DNA of 64,000 bases. Origin: Myripristis murdjan (lineage: Eukaryota). The stretch spans positions 1,625,386-1,689,385 of the forward strand of contig NC_043987.1 of the NCBI RefSeq assembly GCF_902150065.1, given 5' to 3'. Under the pieces are notes generated by a model. It was not told where the DNA came from. It did not search any database and saw only the letters and a list, made by a program, of their open reading frames with translations. The translations under genes were made by a program, and so were the position numbers. This document shows, piece by piece, positions 26,293 through 38,609 of this stretch (position 1 is its first letter; each line of letters begins with the position of its first letter).

Positions 26293-26424
26293 GGACCTAC
26301 ATCCCAAGGAAGGAAGTAACAGTGCTGGAGACCATCAAGGCCACTGTGATCAGAGAGAACCAGGCCATCCGGCTGAGGGCCCGCAAGGAGGGTGTGGACA
26401 GAGGAGGGGTCCGCAGAGTCACTG
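26293..26424 (+). CDS. mvp: MVP coding exon 4
   Basis: Acceptor ttggccccacag|GG and donor G|gtacgc. Translation [44 protein letters not shown]. Confidence 0.93.
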
Positions 26425-27189
26425 GTACGCCGGGCCACCCAGCCTCCATGTTGGAGCTCAGGCACCCTCAGACGTTCATTCCAGGAGTCCCACAGCAGAG
26501 AGGAATAGCAGAGTAAAATGAGTGAAAGAGAAGAGAAGGATCCAGTCTTGTTTTCCAAACCAAGGAAAAAATGTGTTTCTGCCATTTCTGCCAAGACGCA
26601 CTATTATGATCACAGTGACAAATACCAACATGGAGTTAGAGATGCACACACGCCCCCACTGCTGCCTATAGTGTTTGCAATTATATTTATTTTTTTGTTG
26701 TTGTTTTTAATGACTAAATGTTCATTTGTAAGCCAGTGAGAAAGCTGTGACTTCACTCCAGTCAAAACAGATGCATAAAGTATTACACTTGTAAACATGA
26801 GTAATAAAGCAAGACTGGCACCAATCAGACTGAAATGATCACAAAATAAACAATAAACAAGTGAATCTAAGATAAGAGTAATACACGCATAAACACACAT
26901 ACAAACACAGAAACATATGAAAAAAATCTCATATTTCTATAATATTTCTATAATGATTTAATAGCGTTGCTGCTGTTGAAAATATGCATTCAGTCTATAT
27001 TGTTGCTTGTTTGCTTTGAGGATTATTGACATGCTCTCTCAACACTGAAAATTCTGCCAATGAATTTTCCCACTGTAAATGAAACTAAACAAATCTTGCC
27101 TCGTTGAACAGCTGAGTCCAGCTGGACTGAGGGAATTCTGTGCTGGGTGCAGCCCTGCTTTTCTTACCTGAATGTGTGTGTTGTTGCAG

Positions 27190-27284
27190 GCGAGGAGTGG
27201 CTGGTCAGGAAGGTGGGAGCCTATCTTCCAGGAGCCCATGAAGAGGTCATTGACATTGTGAATGCTTTCATCCTCACTGACAAG
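27190..27284 (+). CDS. mvp: MVP coding exon 5
   Basis: Acceptor gttgttgcag|GC and donor AAG|gtgact. Translation [31 protein letters not shown]. Confidence 0.93.
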
Positions 27285-27462
27285 GTGACTCAGCGCTTTG
27301 CTTTCTATCTGCTCTGGCTGACAAGGCGGAGCGATACTGTGGAAAGTTAAAAAGTAGACAGTGAAAGAATGAAACAAAGTGACAGTATACCCCAGGCAAT
27401 TTAGAGTGCAGTTATTCTTGTATTTTGTGGATGATATTCAGTGTAAAATTTAAAGGGTTAAT

Positions 27463-27501
<39 letters not shown>

Positions 27502-28075
27502 TGAAGCAAATAGGAAAAAGGCAGATTTTAAGCCAAAACTCTGAATGTGATCTTGAACAGTTTATTTTTGCAGCATCTGTTACCATGGCGATGAAGCCGG
27601 GTCAAAAGAGAGCCGCCTTCATGACACGGCAAACTCTGGCTTTTGACTCAACTTACCTTGCTAACCTGTTAATCTTGCTTCGTAGTACAGCCCTCTGATG
27701 CAAAATGGTCCAAAAAGGGTTGCAACATGTTAAGCTGGCCTGTACTTGGTCATTAATAGATTTTGAAAGATGTCACATTTTATATCCCACCAAAGCTGAC
27801 CCCAATCGCAGTTGGCAGCATACATAAAGGCCCTTTTTTCCTAGTTTGGTACACACAGGAGGAACTGAAGGTTAACATTTGGAGCATCCAGCCAGTATCC
27901 AGCACTCAGTAACAATGAGAGGAAGATAGCACCACTACTGTACTACATAACAGCTGGGGGGAAGTGAAATAATATCATATTTACAGAATAGTTGAAAGAA
28001 GGGCACCCTTTGTTGAGCCGTAGGACTTCCCTCTCATCTCTGTCCTCCCTCCCCATCTCCTCTCCATGTCATCAG

Positions 28076-28312
28076 AATGCGCTGCATGTCCGCGCTCTGC
28101 GCCCCTTTAAGGACAGTGGTGGGCGAGACCGGCGTACGGGGGAGGAGTGGCTCGTCACCATGGCTGACAGGGAGGCCCACATCCCTTCAGTGGCTGAGGA
28201 GGTGGTGGACGTGGTCAGCGTGACCACTCTGAACAGCAGGCAGTACTGCGTGATCCTGGACCCGGTGGGACCCGACGGGAAACCTCAGCTTGGCCAGAAG
28301 AGGGTGGTCAAG
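28076..28312 (+). CDS. mvp: MVP coding exon 6
   Basis: Acceptor ccatgtcatcag|AAT and donor AAG|gtgagg. Translation [79 protein letters not shown]. Confidence 0.93.
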
Positions 28313-30013
28313 GTGAGGAGGACCCATCCCACAGGCTGGCTGTTCACTGATCACTAAAAGTACGGACGGACAAAAATGACACCAAAACTAAATAAAACGA
28401 AAAGTGAATTTTTGTTGACAAAACTATGACAAAATATCATGACATTAGAGACAAAAATGCCACAAATGAACCAATGAAAACAGAACTCCTGAGCTCAGTT
28501 TAGCAAGGAAGACATATGCAAACTTTACTTTTGATATTAAGAATAAAAACAAAAACTAGAAACAAAAGGCAAGAAGCTGTGTTGAGGAATGCACATCAAT
28601 CTGTGTGTACAGGTCACTGCCAAATCATGTAATGAGGAAATCACAGAGAAAAAATGTGCACAATAACTGAGTAGAATTAAATTAAAAGTTTCATTCTCGT
28701 CGACTAAAACCACTGCAGTTCTTGTCAGCTAAGACCAGACAAAAACTAACAAAATTCAAATGACTAAAATGTGAATAAAACTAAAATGCATTTTAGTCAA
28801 ATGAGTAAAGCTGCAACACCTCACAATACATCCTACACCACAGCTCAACATATTATACACTGAAAAGACCCTACATAAGGTACAGTTATCATATTACAAA
28901 AATCAACTTCAAGTTCAAGTTTCAAGTTTATTTCCTGTCTGCCAAAAATACACAGTTTAAGTACTTTTAACACGTGCAGACACAAAGCAGCATACAATAT
29001 GAACACTCACATATTTCAAAAATCACGTAAAATAGATAATAATAAATGTTGTAAGGTAAAATGCAAAATTCAGATAAAATAAATAGGTTAGTAAAAGAAG
29101 TAAAATCAGAAGAGCAAATGGTGTAAAAGTGTCTGCTTTAAAAAAAACGGACCACCTCAGGGTAAGAATTGTCTCGGGAACTGTTACAAACCATGTGACA
29201 AGGAACCCTCAAACAGCTTTCAGCTCATAAATGATGTTGACCTGAACAATGTAGGTTATTCAGATAGTTTTTAGCCTCCAGTGTCCATGTAAAAAGCATG
29301 CAATCCATGAGGCCTGAACTTTCAGAATTAACTCTGAGTGAATTCCAGGAGGTGTTTTTGGCCCGACAGGCGTCTTGTACGTTCTGGCAGAACATTTCCC
29401 CATTCGCCAGCTTTCAGTGGGGCGGGAAGCACAGATGGCTAGACTTGACCCACGTGTGTAGTGCAAAGCATTATTGTTATTTGAGTGTACAATAGTATAA
29501 TCAGAATCTTATGAACTAGATAGATAGATAGATAGATAGATACTTTATTCATCCCGAAGGAAATTCACAGTTTTTCAGCAGTATCCACAGATTACAAGAT
29601 TAAATAAAAATAAATAAATAAATGAGATCTAAGTACAACACACTAGAGATCTAGGTACAACAGTGTGCAAATAACAATGTGCAAAAAAACGTGTGCATAG
29701 GTGTATAAAATGTGCATAGAAAATAAATAAAATGTGCATGTAGGTCAATGTGCAAATTTAGAAGAAATATACAGTATACACAGATGATAAATAGCAGTAA
29801 GCAATATAAACACTATAAACAAGGGATATAAAAAAAAAAACTAGTCCTATTAAGTCCTAGCCCCAGTGACAGCCAGTCACTAACAGTCAGACACCCAGTA
29901 TGATTAAAGAATTAGCTCCCCCAAAAATTAATTTTGCCACTACCAAATTAGCCCTCATGTCAGAAACATCTCTAATTTTCTTTTTCCTTCTTCCTCTCTC
30001 TCTCGGTTGGTCA

Positions 30014-30139
30014 GGGTGAGCGCTCCTTCTTCCTGCAGCCAGGAGAGCACCTGGAGCATGGCATCCAGGACGTGTACGTGCTGTCAGAGGAGGAGGGCCT
30101 GGTGCTGAGGGCTGTGGAAGCCTTCAACGACACCGAGCA
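30014..30139 (+). CDS. mvp: MVP coding exon 7
   Basis: Acceptor ctcggttggtcag|GGT and donor CAG|gtgagg. Translation [42 protein letters not shown]. It is too short to appear in the >=60 aa ORF track and was found by homology walking. Confidence 0.9.
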
Positions 30140-30810
30140 GGTGAGGGCAAGTCAGCTCAGGACAACAGCAGGAACACTGTTTCCATGACTTTGTTTTTGG
30201 AAACACTGCTCCCATTGCAGTCCATGATTTGTTCACTTACAGAAAATGCCGCTTAACCTTATAAAACATAAAATGTGGAATAATAAAGTTAGGAATCAAA
30301 GGAAGTCACTCTTTGACAGAATATGTTCAGCCTGACCAACAAGATGGTTAGACTGAACATAGTCCATGTTTGTGTGAGACCTACCATGTTTCTTTGCATC
30401 CAACGTAGAACTGACAGCTACTAACAAATCACTAACAGTACTACTACACTAATGCACTACCTTGCAGACAAACGGCATAGTGAAAAGGGGTTCAGCCAGT
30501 TTTTAAAAATGTGATATTATTTCACTTCCATGTAGGTGGTGCTATGTTCTTCTCATCATTACTGAGTGCTGGATACTGGCTGGATCTGCCAAATGCTAAC
30601 TTTTAGCCTCCTCCCATTGAAGTGGACTTCCCCCCGCTAGATTAAAAAAAAAAATAAAATAACCGCCTTTATCAACAGATGTCAGATGCCAAGACACTAA
30701 TTATATGTGCTGCATCTGTCCTAGGGAGAATTTGATGGTCACTTTAAGGTTTTTGACAACAGATGTGTACCAGTAGACATTTTTCACAGCAGCCATTTTG
30801 AGTTGAAATA

Positions 30811-30986
30811 GCAGGGTAAACACACGTGTCGCTAATAATAATAATTAAGATTCCATTCAACTCAGTTCAGGTCTGACAGAGCCAGGGTCCTGCTCTTGTG
30901 TATGCTGGCTGACCAGAAAGGCTCTGAACACTTAAACAGAACGGGACTGTAATTAATATCATTAGTAACACCTGTATTTACCCTGC
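30811..30986. mobile_element. MITE family with TIR GCAGGGTAAACACnnGTGTTACTAATGA, copy 1
   Basis: Termini gcagggtaaacacacgtgtcgctaataat ... attagtaacacctgtatttaccctgc. Related copies at 34132-34490 (with an internal insertion), about 48790-48962 and about 55417-55580. Confidence 0.65.
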
Positions 30987-31077
30987 TAGTTCATGTCAGA
31001 CTGTTAGCTTACTGTAAGTCTCCTGCCGCTGAGGTGGACCTCCCCCCCAGCTAACATTCTTAAAAATAAAAAATGAA

Positions 31078-31540
31078 ATATGAAATACCGTATTTCAACA
31101 ATTAATCGCCCGGCTGCAAATAGCCGCCGGGTTCTTATAAACGCCTGGGGTCTGCACCCATTTTGCTTATTAAACGCCCACCCGAATAACCGCCGGGGCG
31201 ATTATTTGCATTATATTGAGGTAACCCAAAATAAGGCTATTCACCTTATTTTTGCAGCAGTAAACAGTTATCCGCACAATAACTGTGCAGCACTTCCGTT
31301 TTCTGTCAAAATAAGAGAGCTAGCTAACGTTAGAAAAAAAGGGTGCACCGTAATCTTAAATTGCCCGACTGTAAATATGTTGGACAGTAACTGTCATCAC
31401 GATAATGGCCTGGTGCAGGTCTGTGTAAAAATAAATAAAGGCCTGCAGCGAATAGCCGCCTGGTTCTTTTAAACGCCTGGGGTCCAAGTTGATTTTGCGT
31501 ATTAAACGCCCGGGCGATTAATTGGTGAAATACGGTAAAT
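31078..31540. mobile_element. MITE (about 460 bp) with about 30-bp TIRs AAATACCGTATTTCAACAATTAATCGCCCGG
   Basis: Left terminus tgaaataccgtatttcaacaattaatcgcccgg. Right terminus cccgggcgattaattggtgaaatacggtaaat. Internal direct repeats gccgccgggttctt(a/t)taaacgcctggggtc...attaaacgccc occur twice. Confidence 0.65.
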
Positions 31541-32249
31541 AATTCTCTCCAATGGGAATGGGTGAACTATCCCTTTAAGTGACTACTTTTGCTGATTAAA
31601 CCTGCTAGGGTGGTGATGTTAAAAATATTGGCTGACTGCTAACATTATAGGTCAACATTATGGAGCTTCTTTGGTCCAAAGACCACTTTTGGCCCCTGAT
31701 TTCAATCTGCTTTGTCTTTGGGGTATGATGTCAATCAAATGTTGCCACTAAGTAAACAAAGCAAAGATTAATGAGTTGACTCACTCTAACCCTGCAACCA
31801 GAAAAAATGTAGCTGCAAATCCTTATAATTGCAGACATGTCAGACACCTGTTAGACTTTGGCAGAGCGAAACAGGTAGAGGAGGTGGCCTGGGGAAAAGA
31901 AAAAGGATGCAGAAGGAAGGAGAGGAGGTTAGTGGCAGAGGAACTTTTTATTCAGTTTATTTTAGGTTTTATGCAATCTCAGATGTTTTCTGGTTTTCTT
32001 TACTGTGCTCACTCTTTGTCCAGGTTCTCTGTGGAGCAGCATGATAGAAATAGAAAGGCACGCAGGAGAGGGAGGGGCTGCTAACAAAGCAGGCCAAACA
32101 AATTTGCAGTCTTAACTGGTTTAGATGGGTAGTCTAGTACAACCGGTTGATAACAGAGGAAGGCTGTGGTGTTTAGACACACACACGCTGCGCTCACTAC
32201 ACACACACACACACACACATGCACACAAATAATAAAACATATTACAGCT

Positions 32250-33507
32250 CACTGATTCTTGAGAATTTGGATAAATCATGTCCCACTAAGAAAAATGCTA
32301 TTTCTGTTGGAAATTTGCAACATTTTAATGAATAAAAAGAATCAAAGGCATAATCAGGGGGTCCTTTGCACATTTGTAAGGTTCTTTTATAGGTTTATTT
32401 TTAATTTGTATTAATTTAATGATTATATGTTGGCCCATGGCCTACAAAACCAGTTGTCCTCGGATAGGAGATAATCATTTCAACTTGATTTAAAACAACA
32501 AAAAGTAATAATTTCATTGAATAATATCTTTACCACATGAACAAACGATGGGTTTTGAACAATATTTACTATTATTTTGTGGTTGCTCAAAATGTGTCCC
32601 AGATATTCGTCACCACCGTCAGATATATATTTAAAAAATAATAATAAAAAAACTACAAGGTCAATTACATTCCTGAGGATCCCTTTTCAAACCTTCAGCT
32701 CTACTGCATGCTTCAAGACCACTCAGGCTCCTGGAAGTTTTCTATTTTCTCTTAAATCTCTTCATATTTTGGGACACTGCTACTGTCACAACCATAACAT
32801 GTCAACACCGTCACTTCTGTATAAAAAATATTAGATTAGATTATGGAATAAATGTATACTTTTTAAGAAGAGGTCTGATGCAGGTAGAAACAGGGCGAAA
32901 ACAAGCTGGCTAATGTGAACAACTCATGCTGATCATGTGAAAGAGCAGGTTTTTGTCTCCACCGTCAGACGTCACCACCGTCAGGTTTTCTGTGTGACGG
33001 TGATGACTGAAGTCTGAAAAATGCTTAGAACAGTGCTCAGGATTGTTATTTTTTGTACCAAATAGTTAAATAAAGTTGTTAAGCAAGAAGCCATTGACTT
33101 GAGTGGTATAAATTTTGGAAATGTATGTTTTAATGAGGCGACTGTCACCACCGTCAGATTAGTGCCACCACCGTCAGAGGCAGTTAAATTGGTTTTAAAT
33201 GAATATGTTTACAATATGTTTCTTTGGTGCTGTTGAGTTATTAAAGTAATAGTCTCTTTAATACAAAAATCTGTTTTTCAAATTAAAAAAAAAACATTAC
33301 GGTGACGGTATTGACAAAAACAAAGTAGCCTAATAACTGGAAAAACCGATTTTATGAAAAAAATGCAAAATGAGGAGGTTGCACCGGTACATTGCTGAAC
33401 AGCCAAGACCTTGGTCTATAATGATATACCTTCAGATTTTGTAATTTAACGCACTTTTTTTTTTTCAAAATTAAAACCTGTTTTATCCAAATTCCCAAGA
33501 ATCAGTG
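32250..33507 (+). mobile_element. TIR DNA transposon copy B (1258 bp) in MVP intron 7, 4-bp duplication AGCT
   Basis: Same TIRs and internal organisation as 21118-22393. Flanked by AGCT|...|AGCT. Same orientation as copy A. Confidence 0.8.
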
Positions 33508-34131
33508 AGCTACTCTAGTAGAAGGGACTCTTGGGACCTTCAACTGACAACATTCCAGATCTAACCTTTACCATCAGCACTTCATTTCTAACTTAAACCT
33601 CCACCACAACCCACATCTAACCTTAAAGGGATATTTAGAATTTATTGACCCAAGTTTGTATGACTTAGTCGCTCCTATTTATATTGATACATGGATAATA
33701 TCTCCACAGACGACTCCTGCAGTCAGAGTTGTGGCTAGTTGTGGGATTGAACAGTTAGCTAAATCAACAGCATGTAACTGCTAATATTTTGAGACACAAA
33801 TAACAGGTTATAAATGTTTAAAGAGACAGTTAATGCATTTTGAAAAAAAAAAAAAATTCTCTTACCCCCAGCTGTTTTGTAGGACAGTAGTGGTGCTATC
33901 TTCTTCTCATCATTACTGAGTGCTGGATACTGTTTGGAACTATTAGCCTCCTGTCATTGAAGTGGACTTTTTAAAAAAATAATCGTCTTTATCAACATAT
34001 ATCAGATGCCAAGACACTAATTACAGACACTAGATCTGTCCTTGGGAGCATTTGATGGTCACTTTAAGGTTTTTGGCAACAGATGTGTATCAGTAGACCT
34101 TTTTTCACAGTGGCCATTTTGAGTTGAAATA

Positions 34132-34490
34132 GCAGGGTAAACACAGGTGTTACTAATGATATTAATTAAGGGTCCATTCAGTTCAGTTCAGGTCTAAAGG
34201 TGTGTTCAGACCGAAGATGAGGCAGGTTTGAACACGGTGCGATTACATACAAAGTCAATTCAACGACTGGGATTTGCGGCGGGCGACGCCAATAACATGA
34301 ATTTTCCTGTTGCAAATGAAGCGAACATGCGAAACTCGCGTCATTCACATATCTGCATCAGTCGAAATATTTCAACTTGAGTGAAAAATTCGCGGCCAGG
34401 GTCCTGTTCTTGTGCGTGCTCGCTCAGTGGTACACTTAAACGGAACGTGACTGCATTCAGTATCATTAGCAACATTTGTGTTTACCCTGC
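34132..34490. mobile_element. Same MITE family, copy 2 (carrying an internal insertion of about 180 bp)
   Basis: Termini gcagggtaaacacaggtgttactaatgat ... cattagcaacatttgtgtttaccctgc. About 40 bp of 5' flank is shared with copy 1, so the unit may be longer. Confidence 0.55.
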
Positions 34491-35198
34491 TTTTTCAAAG
34501 GCTTGAAAAGCCCTGCATTAGCTGATCTTAGTGACTACTATTCATCTAGCTACCTGCTCACTTGAAAAAGCAGCCATAACTCCATGCATCAAGGAAGTCC
34601 TACCAAATTGTGTTCATAAATCCAAATTATTATATTATTAAGCTCTAACGCTGAGCCTAAGATAAAATTAATCCATAACCTTTAAGTGCCCCATGTGAAA
34701 ACTATCCAAAGCATACTGATTATTAATACCACAGAACTTTAATGGAGTAGAATGGACATTTGCCATGGTCATTTGGCTGGTACAGAATAAAATGACAGTT
34801 ACAGTTCTTTGCTATGGTGGCCATAAAGTGTGTCCCACTTGCTTGAGAACCGTTCAGTGCACCATCCTCCTTTCCTGACTTGGCTAACCCCTTCTACCCC
34901 TACTCTGTTCTCCTCCTCCTCTCCCCTTCCTTCCTGCTTCTCTCACCTTCCCTTCCCTGTGTCCTGACATCATGCGTGTTCATAATTGCACCTCCATCCC
35001 TTCCATTCTCCTCCCTTTATGGCTCAATCAAAAAACTGTCCCTATCCTTCTGCCATTCAGTGCCTCTCCCCAGTCCCCTCTCCTCCATGCCCCGCTCTCC
35101 TTTCTCCTCCTCCTCCTCCTCCACCCTTGCTCCAGTGCATCGCCACGTTAACCCTTCTCTCCCTCCTCCTCCTCTCTCTCCCCCGCTCTCTTTGCCAG

Positions 35199-35417
35199 CA
35201 AGAGGAGGAGGAAGAGGAAGAGGAGGAGGAGCTGATGGAGGAGAGGGCCAAGCGTTCACGGAGGAGTGGTGTCCTCCGTCGGCCTGGAGATCGCTGGATG
35301 TTGCGTGGGCCGATTGAGTATGTCCCCCCTGCCACCGTGGAGGTGGTGCTGAAACGCCAGGCCATCCCATTGGACGAGAATGAGGGCATTTACGTCCGGG
35401 ACATTAAGACAGGAAAG
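35199..35417 (+). CDS. mvp: MVP coding exon 8 (begins with a poly-Glu tract encoded by a GAG/GAA repeat)
   Basis: Acceptor ctctttgccag|CAA and donor AAG|gtgagt. Translation [73 protein letters not shown]. The exact acceptor inside the GAG repeat is uncertain by a few codons. Confidence 0.85.
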
Positions 35418-36675
35418 GTGAGTTTGTGTTTTAGACCGAAGCTCCCCACTGACCAAAACTCTCCAGCTTGTTTTTCTGCCTTTTAATAAATTTAGTAAGG
35501 CTGTGATTACTATGATGGAGGCATAGTATTTCTGCCTACATCCAAATGACAACAAATGAAAGTCAAAAGATAGATACACAACACAAGTCATGTCTTTACA
35601 GCCATCAAGGGAGACAACAAACTCCAATTTCTAATTTATTTATGACCTATATCTATTGAGTGCAGAGCTATGTTGACTCAGAACGATAGTTTCTTATCAG
35701 CCAGGGCCAGTTTTTCAAAACTGGATTAACAGTGAACAGATTCACTTTATATTTTTTTCTAAAACATGGGAAAGAGGGCAATGACCAATTTAGCAAGAAA
35801 TGAATTAAAAATTACAAGAAAATGATACAAAAATGAACCTAAAATGGGGGGGAAAACAATCCAAAACGAAATGACCTGAAATTAAGCAAGAACAAAAAAG
35901 AAAATCTCCTGAAAATTTAAAAAAAACAAGAAAATATATTTTCCTTTTTTTTTTAACTATATAATAATTATGAATACTGTTTTCTGGTTTTTGCTTCCAT
36001 TTTTTGTTAATTTTCTAGTAATATTATCCTTTTTTTGTAATGTTCAGATGTTCTAATGTTAAGTTACTCATTACCCTTTTCCCCATGTTTTTGAGAGAAA
36101 TCAAGTCCATTTTCTCAGGTTTCAAAGGGTTAAATACTTGTGAAAAATCTGTGAACTCCTTTCACAAACATCAAACCGCAAGCATTTAACCACCAGAAAG
36201 ATGACAGAAATCCAGATTTCAGAGGATTCATTCCTGTTTTTGGGTTTCTTGAAACCCAAAGCACAGATCTGGATAAATGTAATACCAGATATCTCACAGA
36301 TATGTGAAAATTCCCCCCAAAAAACTGTTTCTCATAACTATAATTCTTATAATTTCAAAAAAAAAACAAACAAAAAAAAACAAAGCACTAAGAAAATCCC
36401 CCCAAAAATGACAAATATAAAGGAAATATACCTGAGTTTTAGACATTCACCCTCCTCTAAGGGTTAGGGGATTCAAAGGGAAAGAAACTTATCTTCACAT
36501 AAAATAACATTCCAAAGATAAACCATCAGACTATCTGCTGTGGTGTACTTTTATGAGCTGCTCATGAGATATGCAAACATAGGAATTCAAGTGTATCAGT
36601 GAGGAAGCATTGTGCTGAGATGCTCTCATGCTGGAAGTTTGAGCCCTCACCTCATCACGGCTTGCTGCGCTGCAG

Positions 36676-36911
36676 GTCCGTGCGGTGATTGGTCATACCT
36701 ACATGCTGACCCACGACGAGGAGCTGTGGGAGAAAGAACTGCCCCAGAACGTGGAGGCCCTCCTGGCTTCCCCGCACGACCCGCTGGCCGACCGCTCGGA
36801 CCGCAGCAGGACGGCGGTGAGCAAGCCCAGGGACAAGACCAGGGTGGTCGCCTACCGGGTGCCTCACAACGCAGCCGTCCAAGTCTACGACTACAGGGAG
36901 AAGAGAGCCAG
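36676..36911 (+). CDS. mvp: MVP coding exon 9
   Basis: Acceptor gcgctgcag|GTC and donor AG|gtacga. Translation [78 protein letters not shown](R). Confidence 0.93.
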
Positions 36912-38134
36912 GTACGATTCAGGACAGTCCTCAGTTTGTTGACGAAATGTATTTGTCAGCTACACCTTTTCCCCGGTGAAAACAAAAAATGAACCTTGAA
37001 AACAAAAGCTAGATACAAAAGTTAGGATGTGTAATCTACATCAAGCTATGTATAAAGGTCACCAGCAAAGAATTGAATTAGGAATTTACAGAGGGGAAGA
37101 ATGTGAAAAATGATTCAGTAGAACTAGATTTCAGTTTTTGTTACTGACTAAAACCACTGAAGTTCTTGTAGACAAAAAATTGACCAAAACTACCTCGATG
37201 CAAATGACTCAGTTGTGACTAAAACCAAACTGCATTTTAGTAAAAAGACTAAAACTAAATCAAATTTGACTTGGAAACTAATACTGATTCAGGACTGATG
37301 TTGCATAGACATGGACGATGGATGGCAGGGGAAGTGGCAGTCAGAATGACCGGATGGAAGAGTGAATAACATGAGTGATTTTCTGTGTGGGGAGAAGGAC
37401 GACTATACTACACTCTCCACTATTTGAGGTTACACATTTTAAAACTCCTGAGCTGCTGTGGTCTGATGAAACTAGCTCTCAATTTAAATGCTGAGAAAGG
37501 AGAAGTCAAGTCACGTCTTGACTTGACTTGACTATTCCTTGAGTAAAAAAAAAAAACACAGGAAGTATACAAATGGGCTGAAATTTAAGATCACTAAATA
37601 AAAACAGTATCCAATCATTTAATAAAACTCATCAACAAGACATGTTGAAGAGTTGGCCAGTAAGCCACAACATCTGGGTGCCATGTTTTTATCCTTGCCA
37701 TTCTAAATAAAGGCTATTTATAGAGTGCCTTGGACATAGTTTTTGTATTTTTGGGATTCCAGCCCCTTTTTTATACTTCCTGTGTGTGTTTATTTATGGA
37801 ATATCCAAAAAACTCACTTTTTTTCTGAGGTTTGACTTTAATTAATTTTTCCAGTGTTATTATTGCATGCCTGTTTTTAGGGTAGTGTATGTTAATGCCT
37901 ATGGTAATTTTGTTTGTCTGGCACCATCCTGTGTCAATATGATGGCCAGTGTGTTGTAATCACATGGGGGCTGGACATTATTCTGATGTAAGACACTATA
38001 ATCAATAAAAACCCTGGAGTAATTGCAATGACCAATGGGATGTAGAAATGAAAAATAGAAGAGTCACAGCAGGATAAATAGATATGAGATGCAGTGAAGT
38101 GGTGAACGTGGCAGTGTTGTCCTCTTGTCGACAG

Positions 38135-38332
38135 GGTGGTGTTTGGGCCAGAGATGGTGATGCTGGGGCCAGACGAGCAGTTCACTGTCCTGTCACTGTC
38201 CGGGGACAAACCCAAGAGGGCCAACGTGATCAAGGCCATCTGCCTCCTGCTGGGGCCGGACTTCTTCACCGACATCATCACCATCGAGACAGCCGACCAC
38301 GCCCGGCTGCAGCTGCAGCTGTCCTACAACTG
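38135..38332 (+). CDS. mvp: MVP coding exon 10
   Basis: Acceptor tcttgtcgacag|G and donor TG|gtaaag. Translation [65 protein letters not shown](W). Confidence 0.93.
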
Positions 38333-38609
38333 GTAAAGCATGGCTGTCAGTCAAGCCACCACACACAGCTGGAAGGGGGGGAAAATCTGCCTCACTTACT
38401 GTTAGAAGTTCATTTAAGACATTCTACAAATCATTGGGAGCGTCTATGTAATTCAGTGTGCAGCACTTATTTCAGTTACATCTCAGTGACATGGCTTTCC
38501 CAGTTATTTCTACAGTATCCTAAACCAAAATACACTGTGGTGGGTGGCATCAAAGTAAAGTACATTATTCATCTGAAGATGTTCATTTAGTTTCCCATTT
38601 TCTATATAT

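Noticed and set aside
31080-31472. 130-aa ORF (MKYRISTINRPAANSRR...)
   Set aside because: It sits exactly inside the TIR-bounded MITE 31078-31540 and spans its internal direct repeats. It has no homology, so it is a chance ORF in repeat sequence.
34880-35198. The in-frame extension of the MVP exon 8 ORF upstream of 35199 (ORF 34986-35486 begins [11 protein letters not shown]...PPPPPPPLL...)
   Set aside because: The upstream part is a pyrimidine-rich tract, which is the polypyrimidine tract of the acceptor, and has no MVP homology. The MVP alignment resumes exactly after the AG at 35197-35198, so the upstream portion is intronic.
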